From an uncultured Pseudanabaenaceae cyanobacterium (lineage in GTDB: Bacteria; Cyanobacteriota; Cyanobacteriia; PCC-9006; JAAUQQ01): a stretch of DNA of 64,000 nucleotides. Below, piece by piece: positions 1 through 8,977 of this stretch. Numbering within the stretch: position 1 is the first letter of the stretch; each line of letters opens with the position of its first letter. The notes under the pieces were generated by a model. The model made no database searches. It saw nothing but the letters and a program-made list of their open reading frames with translations, and was not told the origin of the DNA. Both the position numbers and the translations under genes were made by a program. The DNA lies in NCBI GenBank assembly GCA_938021205.1, contig CALIGI010000082.1, forward strand, positions 1,111 through 65,110, written 5' to 3'.

Positions 1-37
1 TCTCCCCTCTCCCTTAGGAGAGGGGCTGGGGGTGAGG
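1..37. repeat. G/C-tract stem-loop dispersed repeat (copy at window edge)
   Basis: A 9-bp stem CCCCTCTCC / GGAGAGGGG with loop CTTA (4-25) is followed by CTGGGGGTGAGG. Related hairpin plus GGGG-tract modules occur at 17166-17218, 22333-22420, 23373-23457 and 40688-40725. Confidence 0.55.
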
Positions 38-115
38 ATGCCTTGTCTCTTCTCGAATTCAGGCTAGTCCCAGACTTCAAAACAGTTAAGACAACCCGTT
101 AAGAACGCATTTTCC

Positions 116-484
116 ATGACCCCAGTTCACACCATCCGCGTTCATGATCGCCAAAAAGGCGTTGAGCATACGGTCCGAGTCCCTGAAGATCGCTATATCC
201 TCCACTCCGCCGAAAGCCAGGCCGTAGATTTGCCCTTTGCCTGTCGCAATGGCGCTTGTACGACCTGCGCTGTGCGTATTTTGTCCGGTGAAGTCTATCA
301 ACCCCATGCGATGGGACTGTCTCAGCCCCTGCGAGACAAAGGTTATGCCCTGCTTTGTGTGGCCTGCCCCCGCTCAGATTTAGAGGTAGAGACCCAGGAT
401 GAAGATGAGGTGTATGAGCAGCAATTTGGTCAGTACTTTGGCAAGGGCAAGGTGAGCTACGGTATTCCCTTGGAAGAAGAGTAA
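116..484 (+). CDS. plant-type [2Fe-2S] ferredoxin-like protein
   Basis: 122-aa ORF with cluster-ligand pattern CRNGACTTCAVRILSGEV ... LLCVACP. Confidence 0.85.
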   Translation: MTPVHTIRVHDRQKGVEHTVRVPEDRYILHSAESQAVDLPFACRNGACTTCAVRILSGEVYQPHAMGLSQPLRDKGYALLCVACPRSDLEVETQDEDEVYEQQFGQYFGKGKVSYGIPLEEE

Positions 485-580
485 AATATGGTGCTGCGAT
501 CGCGGTGGGCTCAAGCTCAGACAATTCTCACAGCCCTGCACTCGCCAATAAACAGTGCTAAGTGTCGAGAAAGCCTGGAA

Positions 581-1129
581 ATGTACCGTAGTATGCCTCG
601 TTGGGCTATGGCACCGTTTATTGCGCTCTCATTGGGCCTTGCTCTTCTGCTTACGGGCTGTCAGAAAAATTTAGCCCCCCAGGATGCTTTAATGACCGCT
701 ACGGTCCAGCAGATCATCAGCGGTAACACCCTAGAAGTCATTGTGCCTAGACTGGCAACTAACCAAATCCAGCGCGTGCGTCTCATTGGCTTTGATGCGC
801 CGACGCCAGCCCAGCGCCCCTGGGGAAAGGAAGCTATGGATTTTCTGCGCCAGGTGGATAAGGAAGCCATTCAGTTGGAATTTGATCAAGAGCGCCAGGA
901 TTCCTATGATCGTCTCCTCGCCTATGTTTGGCATAACGGCGAGCTGCTCAACCTGAGCATTGTGGCTGAGGGTCATGCCCTAATGGACGCTCGCCTGCCC
1001 AATATTCGCTACGAAGATGAGCTGCGCCGAGGGCAGGAATCAGCAAGGCTTCAAGGCTTAGGCATTTGGGATCCGGCTAATCCCATGCGCCAGACGCCGG
1101 ACGAGTTTCAAGAGCAGCGACCCAAGTAA
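581..1129 (+). CDS. thermonuclease (SNase-like) family lipoprotein
   Basis: Lipobox LLLTGCQ after a hydrophobic N-terminus. SNase-like motifs are present: GNTLEV, RVRLIGFDAPTP, DRLLAYVW, EGHA. The ATG at 581 is preferred over the ORF-track start at 488. Confidence 0.75.
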   Translation: MYRSMPRWAMAPFIALSLGLALLLTGCQKNLAPQDALMTATVQQIISGNTLEVIVPRLATNQIQRVRLIGFDAPTPAQRPWGKEAMDFLRQVDKEAIQLEFDQERQDSYDRLLAYVWHNGELLNLSIVAEGHALMDARLPNIRYEDELRRGQESARLQGLGIWDPANPMRQTPDEFQEQRPK

Positions 1130-1254
1130 ATGACGAGAATTAAATTAGACCTTCCCCCCCTTTCAAGAGGGATTGCGGGATTAATAAATCCTTGTTTCTA
1201 GGTGACCCTTAGGCTGTCACCCCCGTTCATCCCTTTACAACTCTTGCTTTAAAG

Positions 1255-2091
1255 ATGCCTACCCCCGAAGAGCTTCAACGTTTTCTCGATATTGCAACAG
1301 AGGCTGCCATGGCCGGTGGCGCAGTCCTTCAGCGCTACTATGGTCAGCTGACTTCCGTGGAGGAAAAGGGGCGTAAAGGGGACTTAGTGACCAATGCCGA
1401 TAAAGAATCGGAGGTGGCTATCCTGGCGGTGATGCGTCGCCATTTGCCCAGCCATGCAATCTTGGCTGAGGAGTCGGGGGAGAGCGCCGATGCTGGAGAA
1501 AATGATTACCTTTGGGCGATCGATCCGCTAGATGGCACGACGAACTATGCCCATCAGTACCCCTTCTTTTCAGTCTCCATTAGTCTTTTGTTTAAAGGGG
1601 AGCCTGTCGTGGGCGTGGTGTATGCACCCTTCTTTAATGAGCTATACCAGGCTGCCAAGGGATTGGGGGCGTTTTGTAATCGCAAGCCCATTCACATCTC
1701 CGCAACTCCCGATTTGGCCCAGAGTCTTTTGGTGACGGGATTTGCCTACGATCGCCACCAGACCGATGACAATAATTACGCAGAGTTCAATCGCCTCACT
1801 CACTTAACCCAGGGGGTCCGGCGCGGAGGCTCCGCAGCAATGGATTTAGCATTCGTGGCCTGTGGTCGCCTAGATGGCTATTGGGAGCGAGGGTTGTCGG
1901 CTTGGGATCTCGCTGCGGGAATAATTTTAGTAGAAGAGGCAGGGGGTTGCGTTACAGCCTACGATCAATCACCATTCCAAATCTTTTCAGGACGTGTACT
2001 GGCGACCAATGGCTCACTTCACCAGGAGCTGAGTCAAGTCCTTATGGAAACTCGCCCATTGGGTCATCCGGATCAGTACCGATATTCCTAG
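1255..2091 (+). CDS. inositol monophosphatase family protein
   Basis: Motifs EESGE, WAIDPLDGTTNY and WDLAAGIILVEEAGG. Confidence 0.9.
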   Translation: MPTPEELQRFLDIATEAAMAGGAVLQRYYGQLTSVEEKGRKGDLVTNADKESEVAILAVMRRHLPSHAILAEESGESADAGENDYLWAIDPLDGTTNYAHQYPFFSVSISLLFKGEPVVGVVYAPFFNELYQAAKGLGAFCNRKPIHISATPDLAQSLLVTGFAYDRHQTDDNNYAEFNRLTHLTQGVRRGGSAAMDLAFVACGRLDGYWERGLSAWDLAAGIILVEEAGGCVTAYDQSPFQIFSGRVLATNGSLHQELSQVLMETRPLGHPDQYRYS

Positions 2092-2537
2092 AGAAGTTTG
2101 GTAGCGTTATTTTACGTAATATGGGGATGGCTCTCATGCTTGAGGCCTCAGTACTTCAGCTCAAATAATTTTGCTCAAGTGCTGTTTTTGGCGTTGCAAC
2201 TGTCAAATCTAAGGCGATCATTTGCTAGGTTCATCGCCTACAATGCTCCACAGGTTAATGCGTTCACTGTGTTTGTCAGGGCTCTTTATGGCTCCTGGGT
2301 TACCCGTTATGGGGCCGATAGATTTGCTTCTATTTCTATCTTAGGCAGAGTATAAGCCATTACATAGTTGGCAGTGGACAGCGACTGTTCCATCCCCATT
2401 AGATAATGGCTTGATGGGATGAAACCATTGAATGCCGTAGGGTTGCCCAGGGCGATCGCTGGTGCATTGATTGACTAGGCTCGCCAGCATCTAGAGAACT
2501 CCACGGTTTCACTCCAGATTCAGCAAGGGACACATAA

Positions 2538-3584
2538 ATGTCTTTCGAGATTAAAAAAGGCCTCTACAACCTCGACACCTTTGAAGACCACCACGCTGCC
2601 CTGGGCCTGCCGGTGAATGCTGATGCTTCCCAAGTGCGGAAGCGATATTTGAGAATTGCTCGGAAACTCCACCCAGATAGCATGGTGGGCAGTAGTGCCC
2701 AAGAGAAAGCCCGTGCCACTGAGGTGCTTTCTAAATTGGTGAACCCAGCCTATGAAATGCTTTCTCAGGACAAAAATCGAAAAGAATACTTGATCCTCAC
2801 CCGCCTCAAGGGTCAGCAAGTGAAGCAGCAAAAAGATAGCCTTACGAGTGGCTTAGGAGAAGAGGCCAAGAAGTTGTTTAAGGCCCCCAACGTGGACGGT
2901 GCTTACAAGCAGCTTGTCACGCAGCTAGCAGATCAGCAATTTGATGAGCTAGACAAGATTGTTGATGTGGTTGGCAGTCTTAGTGAGTTGAATTTGGTTT
3001 ATCTTCTACGCCAGCAGGGGAATGCCATTCCCAAGGCGGCGGCCAAGTCTGCCAGCCCAGCTTCTCGTCCTGGACAGCCTCCTGTACCTGGCATGGGCCG
3101 TTCTCCCATGCCCGCTGCTAATGATAAGACCACCATCATTCAAACCCAGGCTCATCAGATGTCCTTGGCCGATGGCTACCTGAGGCGGGCAGAGGAATAC
3201 TTGCGTAAGAAGGCGCTGTCCCAGGCCATTTTGGAGCTGCGTGATGGTCTCCGGGCAGCTCCGAAGGATAGTCGCTGCCATAGCCTCATGGGGATTATTT
3301 ATTTGCAACAAAACCAAGCCACCATGGCAAAGGTCTCCATTCGCAAGGCTTTGGAGTTGAATCCCAAGGATTTGCGGGCGATTGAAGGTCGTCGTAAGCT
3401 ATCCACCATGGGCCATAAGATTGAGCTGAGTGGTGAGTCAAACAATGTTCCCCCAGCGGGGAGTAGTAGTGGAGCATCTGCGAAGGGCCGCTCCAAGACC
3501 GGAACCAAATCTAACGCTAAGTCTAAGGGAGGTGGCGGTCTATTTGGCGGTATCTTTGGGGGTGGCAAAAGTAAAAGAAAGTAA
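2538..3584 (+). CDS. J-domain (DnaJ-like) protein with C-terminal TPR and a Gly/Lys tail
   Basis: J-domain signature HHAALGLPVNADASQVRKRYLRIARKLHPD. TPR-like segment YLRRAEEYLRKKALSQAILELRDGL...AIRKALELNP. Confidence 0.8.
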   Translation: MSFEIKKGLYNLDTFEDHHAALGLPVNADASQVRKRYLRIARKLHPDSMVGSSAQEKARATEVLSKLVNPAYEMLSQDKNRKEYLILTRLKGQQVKQQKDSLTSGLGEEAKKLFKAPNVDGAYKQLVTQLADQQFDELDKIVDVVGSLSELNLVYLLRQQGNAIPKAAAKSASPASRPGQPPVPGMGRSPMPAANDKTTIIQTQAHQMSLADGYLRRAEEYLRKKALSQAILELRDGLRAAPKDSRCHSLMGIIYLQQNQATMAKVSIRKALELNPKDLRAIEGRRKLSTMGHKIELSGESNNVPPAGSSSGASAKGRSKTGTKSNAKSKGGGGLFGGIFGGGKSKRK

Positions 3585-4816
3585 TGGTCTATCAGCCCCC
3601 TTTGGGAGCGCGGGATTTATTGCCCGTCGAAGTTGCTCAGCAGCAGTGGATTGAGTTGCGTTTGCGCTCGGTCTTTGAGTGTTGGGGGTATCAGCGTATC
3701 GTGACTTCGACGTTGGAGCGGCTGGATACCCTCATGGCAGGTGGGGCGGTCAAGCGCCAGAGCCTGTTGCAAGTGCTTTCGAGTGATGATGGTGAGCTTG
3801 GGTTGCGTCCTGAGCTGACAGCTTCCATCGCTCGGGCTTCGGTGACGCGCTTAGCTCAGGCTCCAAGGCCTTTGCGTTTGTTCTATCTGGCTAATGTGTT
3901 TCGGCGTCAGCAGGAGCAAGAGAGCTACCAGGCTGGGGTGGAATTGCTCGGTGCTGGGTCGGTGATGGCCGATGCTGAGACGCTGTTATTGGTGAGTGAT
4001 TGTTTGGATGCGTTGGGTCTTGCTGCGTTGGATGGACCCAGCCCCTGCACAATTATTTTGGGTCAGGCTGCGTTAACGAAGTCATTATTAGTGCCTTTCC
4101 CCGAGGGTTTGCGAGGCAAGGTTTTGGGGGCGATCGCCCACCTAGACCGCCTTGCCTTAGAAACCCTAGACCTTAGCCCAGCTCTTAGGTCTAGAGCCCT
4201 GGCCTTGATGGATCTCCGAGGTCAGCCTGAGACAGTGCTGACAAAGCTCCAGAGCTTTGACTTGAATGATGCCCAGCAGGCGATCGCCCAGCGCTTATCC
4301 CAGCTAACGGAGTTGTTGGCGTCACGACTGGGTAATGCTGGGCCAGCCATGATCCTCGACCTCAGCCTGGTGCAGACGTTTGATTACTACACCGGCATTG
4401 TCTTTGAAGTGGCCTGTGGGTCTGGTGGCACCAATGATGTCGTGGCCCAGGGGGGACGCTATGACCAGCTTTTAGGTTTCTATGATCCCCAGCAGGAGAC
4501 CTCTCCCGGCATTGGTTTTAGTTTTGAAATTGAGCAGCTTCAGCAGGCGTTGCAATTTGCTGGGACATTGCCCCAGTCCACAGGGACTGTTGATTGGTTG
4601 GTTGTCCCTAGGACAGAGAGTGATCAGCAAGCTGCCCTAGATCAAGGCGAGAAGCTGCGCGGTCAGGATCAACGGGTGGAGTTGTATTTGGAAACAGGCT
4701 CGGATGCGGCGGCGGTGAAGGTCTATGCCCGGAGTAGAGCGATCGCTAAAATTGCTTGGATTACGGCTGGTCAAGTGCCTGAAGAAGAGGTCTTGACCGA
4801 GCCAGTTGATGGCTAG
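3584..4816 (+). CDS. hisZ: ATP phosphoribosyltransferase regulatory subunit (HisRS-like)
   Basis: N-terminus PPLGARDLLP, ELTASIAR, and a class-II aaRS-like core FDYYTGIVFE / GGRYDQLL. Overlaps the previous stop by 1 nt (TAATG). Confidence 0.8.
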   Translation: MVYQPPLGARDLLPVEVAQQQWIELRLRSVFECWGYQRIVTSTLERLDTLMAGGAVKRQSLLQVLSSDDGELGLRPELTASIARASVTRLAQAPRPLRLFYLANVFRRQQEQESYQAGVELLGAGSVMADAETLLLVSDCLDALGLAALDGPSPCTIILGQAALTKSLLVPFPEGLRGKVLGAIAHLDRLALETLDLSPALRSRALALMDLRGQPETVLTKLQSFDLNDAQQAIAQRLSQLTELLASRLGNAGPAMILDLSLVQTFDYYTGIVFEVACGSGGTNDVVAQGGRYDQLLGFYDPQQETSPGIGFSFEIEQLQQALQFAGTLPQSTGTVDWLVVPRTESDQQAALDQGEKLRGQDQRVELYLETGSDAAAVKVYARSRAIAKIAWITAGQVPEEEVLTEPVDG

Positions 4817-4900
4817 ATTTGGCAGCGTCCATCGGCCCCAGGCTGTAAGACTGCGATAGATTGATTAGCGAGAGGAAGACCTTCTAAGGGGGAAAGCACT

Positions 4901-5125
4901 TTGGCCTTTTCAATTGTGACGGATGTTTGTGAAGGAGTGGCAGATTGCGTGGATGCCTGCCCTGTAGCTTGTATTGACGAGGGGCCAGGTAAAAATAAGA
5001 AGGGAACTAATTGGTATTGGATCGATGCTGCGACCTGCATTGATTGTGGGATTTGTCTTCAGGTCTGTCCGGTAGAGGGAGCCATTTTGGCTGAGGAGCG
5101 GCCTGATTTGCAAAAGACACCTTAG
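4901..5125 (+). CDS. 4Fe-4S dicluster ferredoxin (TTG start)
   Basis: Two Cys clusters: CEGVADCVDACP and CIDCGICLQVCP. A GGGGGA Shine-Dalgarno-like sequence lies upstream of TTG 4901. Confidence 0.8.
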   Translation: MAFSIVTDVCEGVADCVDACPVACIDEGPGKNKKGTNWYWIDAATCIDCGICLQVCPVEGAILAEERPDLQKTP

Positions 5126-5135
5126 GTTGTCTTTT
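5112..5135 (+). terminator. probable intrinsic terminator of the ferredoxin gene
   Basis: AAAAGACACC / GGT(T)GTCTTTT stem with one bulge spanning the stop codon, followed by a T-run. Confidence 0.5.
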
Positions 5136-5473
5136 TTCGAGGGGGAGTTGTGAGCGTTTGGTTGATTTCAGCCAGGCGCTTTTTTATGAATGGTGGATTG
5201 GAGCTGGGGGAGTTGGCTGCGATGGGAGCACCATCATTGATGATCTTCCATCCATTGCTGAAGGCTAAAAACATTGCAGGGAGAGGATTTTGTTTCGACA
5301 CCGATTGTAATTAAACTGTCTGTCTTGGGAGGGAGGCTGGGCATCCTAGAGTTATCGCCAAAGCTGATCACTGCCTGCTTTTATGTGAGTGCATCTATTT
5401 CTAATGCTGCTTCCAGAACGCAAGTTTTGCGAGGAATCAGTTTGCTCAATTCAGCTACCTCACATCATTAGTC

Positions 5474-6499
5474 ATGGCACTTATTGCCCCTGTTCCCACT
5501 CCCATGCTGACGCCCCAGGTCTCGCTGGATTTTTCCATTGTGATTTGCACCTACAACGGTGCGGCACGCCTGCTGGATCTATTTGAAAGATTACGGCATT
5601 GCTGTGGGTTTCGACCCGGCGAGAATGCAGGCATAGAAGCGTATCAACCCATCCGTTGGGAAATCCTGGTGGTGGACAATAACAGCAGCGATGAAACAGC
5701 AGCGGTAGTGCGCCAAGCCCAGCAAGATTGGCCTGAGGATTATCCCCTTCGTTATTGTTTTGAGGCCCAGCAGGGCGCGTCCTATGCCAGGGAGCTTGGG
5801 GTCCATGAGGCCCAGGCAGGGCTCATTGGGTTTTTGGATGACGATAATCTGCCTGCGCCTGACTGGGTCTACGAGGCCTATCGCTTTGCCCAGGAGTATC
5901 CCAATGCTGGGGCCTTTGGCAGCCAAATTCATGGCGATTATGAGGTGGAGCCTGCAGATGAGCTGAAACCGCTACTGCCCTTTCTGGCCATTGTGGAACG
6001 GGGAGCAGAGCCGCTGCGCTATGACTCCATGAAGCGAATGTTACCCCCTTCAGCGGGTCTGGTGGTGCGGCGGGAGGCTTGGTTGGAGAGCATGCCGGAG
6101 ACTTGCATGTTGCGAGGCCGTAATCAGGACAGCATGTTGACCGGGGAAGATACAGAAGCCCTGACCTATTTGCTGCGCTCCGGCTGGGAGATCTGGTACA
6201 ACCCAGCGATGCATTTGTGGCATCGAATCCCCCATTGGCGCTTGGAACGCAGCTATCTGATTCCCTTTTTTCAGGGCATTGGGTTAAGCCGCTATGTGAC
6301 GCGGATGCAGGGGCTTAAACCCTGGCTGCGGCCTTTGGCTCTGCCGGTCTACATCTTGAATGATTTGCGTAAGGCGGTGGTTTTGATTCTGCGTCATGGT
6401 TTCCGCCTACGCGAGAACTTGACGGCTCAGTGTGAGTTGACGTTGATTCTATATTCGTTGCGCAGTCCCTTTTATTTTTGGCGCATGGGCCGAACTTGA
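5474..6499 (+). CDS. family-2 glycosyltransferase (HpsE-like)
   Basis: FSIVICTYNGA, VVDNNSSDET and GFLDDDN (DXD). A close paralogue of the next gene. Confidence 0.8.
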   Translation: MALIAPVPTPMLTPQVSLDFSIVICTYNGAARLLDLFERLRHCCGFRPGENAGIEAYQPIRWEILVVDNNSSDETAAVVRQAQQDWPEDYPLRYCFEAQQGASYARELGVHEAQAGLIGFLDDDNLPAPDWVYEAYRFAQEYPNAGAFGSQIHGDYEVEPADELKPLLPFLAIVERGAEPLRYDSMKRMLPPSAGLVVRREAWLESMPETCMLRGRNQDSMLTGEDTEALTYLLRSGWEIWYNPAMHLWHRIPHWRLERSYLIPFFQGIGLSRYVTRMQGLKPWLRPLALPVYILNDLRKAVVLILRHGFRLRENLTAQCELTLILYSLRSPFYFWRMGRT

Positions 6500-6589
6500 A
6501 TGGTTAGACCGGGCTGAATCTCTAGTCAGCTTTGGGTGGAACTGTCGGGTGACTGCTTGCGGAAAGTTTGTTTTGGACAGAAAACGATT

Positions 6590-7684
6590 ATGAAGTTGAC
6601 GATCGCCATTCCGACTTTCAATGGTGCCCCTCGCTTGGCGAAGGTTCTGGAGCATTTCCAGACTCAGGAGCTGCCCGAAGCATGGGCTGGGGCTGATACT
6701 TGGGAAATTCTGGTTGTGGATAACAACAGCAGCGATGACACTGCTGTTGCCGTGACGCAGCTTCAGGTGGATTGGGCCAAAGGTCCTTGGGGCGATCGCG
6801 TGCCGCTCCGCTATTGCTTTGAACCTACGGCTGGCTTGGCCCATGCGCGTCAGCGGGCGATCGCTGAAGCCAAAGGGGACTGGGTCGGCTTCATCGACGA
6901 TGATAATTGGACAGAGCCCCAGTGGGTCGCTTCGGCTCTGACCTTTGCTGTGGCCCATCCTGACTTGGGTGCATTTGGGAGTCGCATCAAGGCAGCCTAT
7001 GAGGTGGAGCCGCCGAAGAACTTCGAAGAAATCGAAGCCTTCCTAGCCATTCGTGACCATGGTGATAACGAGCATCCTTTTGACCCTGAGCATTTGCAGC
7101 TACCCCCCGGCGCGGGAATGGTGGTCAACCGCCAGCGTTGGCTAGCGACGGTACCAGCGATGATGTCCGTGGTGGGCCGCACTGCCGATACCTTGATTAG
7201 CGGTTCTGATTACGCAGCGCTGCTCTACCTTCACCGAGCAGGCCATGGCATTGCCTATAACCCTGGGATGGTCTTACACCATGCGATCCCAGCGAGTCGT
7301 CTGGAGCGATCCTATCTATTGCCCTTGGCCTATGGCATTGGTATGGCGATTTGTCAGCTGCGTTTCATCAATGCCCATGGGCTGCGCCGTTGGGAGATTG
7401 CTCTACGCACCGTTGTGGGGGGGCTTCGCCGCATCATCATGCGCCTCTGGCAGCATGGCCCAGGCTTGCGAGCCAACCTCAACTTGACTTTCTTGTTTTG
7501 TTTTTATCTGGGAGGGATGTTGAGTCCCCTCCTGGCTGTGGTTCCCCAGGCGGGAACCTGGCTCAATTATCAGCGTGCTCGTTCCTTCACTCATTTTCTC
7601 TTGAAGCTATGGCCACTGTCTCCATCATTATCCCGGCCTACAACGCCGCAGCCACCCTCCCCAGCACCCTTAAATCCGTCCTAG
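6590..7684 (+). CDS. family-2 glycosyltransferase (HpsE-like paralogue)
   Basis: LTIAIPTFNGA, VVDNNSSDDT, GFIDDDN and GAFGSRIKAAYEVEP, which parallels GAFGSQIHGDYEVEP in the upstream gene. ATG 6590 is preferred. Confidence 0.8.
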   Translation: MKLTIAIPTFNGAPRLAKVLEHFQTQELPEAWAGADTWEILVVDNNSSDDTAVAVTQLQVDWAKGPWGDRVPLRYCFEPTAGLAHARQRAIAEAKGDWVGFIDDDNWTEPQWVASALTFAVAHPDLGAFGSRIKAAYEVEPPKNFEEIEAFLAIRDHGDNEHPFDPEHLQLPPGAGMVVNRQRWLATVPAMMSVVGRTADTLISGSDYAALLYLHRAGHGIAYNPGMVLHHAIPASRLERSYLLPLAYGIGMAICQLRFINAHGLRRWEIALRTVVGGLRRIIMRLWQHGPGLRANLNLTFLFCFYLGGMLSPLLAVVPQAGTWLNYQRARSFTHFLLKLWPLSPSLSRPTTPQPPSPAPLNPS

Positions 7685-8547
7685 AGCAAACCTACAAAGA
7701 CTTTGACGTTTGGGTGGTAGACGATGGCTCCAGTGATGGCACTGCTGCCTGGGTTCAGGCCCAGCCTGATCCGCGTATCCATTTGCTGAGCCAGGTGAAC
7801 CGTGGGGCCGCTGCTGCCCGTAACCATGGTATTGAAGCTTCCGAGGGAGCGCTGATTACATTTTTGGATGCGGATGATCTTTGGACGCCAGAGAAGTTGG
7901 CTGACCAAGTGGCTGCCCTGGAGGCTAATGCCCAGGCCATCGTGGCCTATAGCTGGACAGATTATATCGATGTTGATGGACAGTCGCTCTATCCCGGTGG
8001 CCGAGTCAAACATCAGGGTGATGTCTATGCTGCGCTATTTCAGCAGAATTTTATTGAAAATGGCTCCAATTTGATGGTGCGCCGCTCTGCTATTGAGCAG
8101 GTTGGCCCTTTCGATCCTGACTTGGCTTCGGTTCATGACTGGGAGCTGTGGCTGCGTTTGGCGGAGGCGGGGGAGTTTGCCCTCGTCTCAAAGGGCCAGA
8201 TTCTGTATCGGGTGATGCCGGGGTCGATTTCTAGCAATCTCTCTCGCCAGGAGCGCAACCTACGGCGGGTGGTGGATGGGGCCATGGCACGATCGCCTCA
8301 CCGCCTCACCCCTCACCGCCGCGCCAGCCTCACTAATCTGTATCAATACCTCACCTTCCGCTCCCTCAGTCTGGGGCAAACGCGACGGCAGTATCTGCAA
8401 AGTCTGCGCTATTTAATGTTGGCTGGGTTCCATGGGCCGCAGATTATTTGGCAGCGATCGCGTCTCATGGCGATTACCTTGGCCAAGATTGCTTTGGGAC
8501 TGGTTTTGTCTCCGAGGGTATTACGCGATCGCTTATCTCTGCATTAA
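7609..8547 (+). CDS. family-2 glycosyltransferase
   Basis: VSIIIPAYNAA, VVDDGSSDGT and FLDADD. The ATG at 7609 gives a canonical GT2 N-terminus. It overlaps the previous gene by 76 nt. Confidence 0.8.
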   Translation: MATVSIIIPAYNAAATLPSTLKSVLEQTYKDFDVWVVDDGSSDGTAAWVQAQPDPRIHLLSQVNRGAAAARNHGIEASEGALITFLDADDLWTPEKLADQVAALEANAQAIVAYSWTDYIDVDGQSLYPGGRVKHQGDVYAALFQQNFIENGSNLMVRRSAIEQVGPFDPDLASVHDWELWLRLAEAGEFALVSKGQILYRVMPGSISSNLSRQERNLRRVVDGAMARSPHRLTPHRRASLTNLYQYLTFRSLSLGQTRRQYLQSLRYLMLAGFHGPQIIWQRSRLMAITLAKIALGLVLSPRVLRDRLSLH

Positions 8548-8977
8548 ATTGAGCGTTGCCTCGTTTGACATTAATTTGCGCTTAGGTTCTAATGCTTAGC
8601 TCTCGCTTGGCTGTTATTGTTTCTTAAGTGAAAAAACTGATACTGGGCAGTAATCCTGGTATCCCATCGGTTATTCCATCTTGTAAAAGCGGTCGTTACG
8701 AGTGGGGAGCAGCAGAGCCCGAATAAGGCTTGCTTGATTGAGATGCCAGTTGGTTCAATGCGACTTCTATCTCGATTATTCTCTTCGAGCTGGGCACTCT
8801 AGAAGCGAGTTAAGCGATGAAGTTGGCGAAATTATTCGCTTATATATCGTTGTGAGTGGTGCTCCAAAGCAGAATTTTGCTCCGTGACAAGACTTCTGCG
8901 CATTGAGCTTCTAGCATCTTCCCGTTGCTGATTGGTCTCGGATACTTCCAGCTGGGACCTCTGTTTTAGGACAAACC

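Noticed and set aside
2098-2355. 85-aa ORF in the 446-bp spacer before the J-domain gene. The spacer was also inspected for an RNA gene.
   Set aside because: The ORF has no ribosome-binding site and odd composition. Only short imperfect hairpins were seen, and no recognisable RNA family motif.
7351-7608. 86-codon N-terminal extension of the third glycosyltransferase in the ORF track.
   Set aside because: The extension is Pro/Ala/His-rich and lies inside the previous GT2 gene. The ATG at 7609 gives the canonical GT2 N-terminus (VSIIIPAYNAA).
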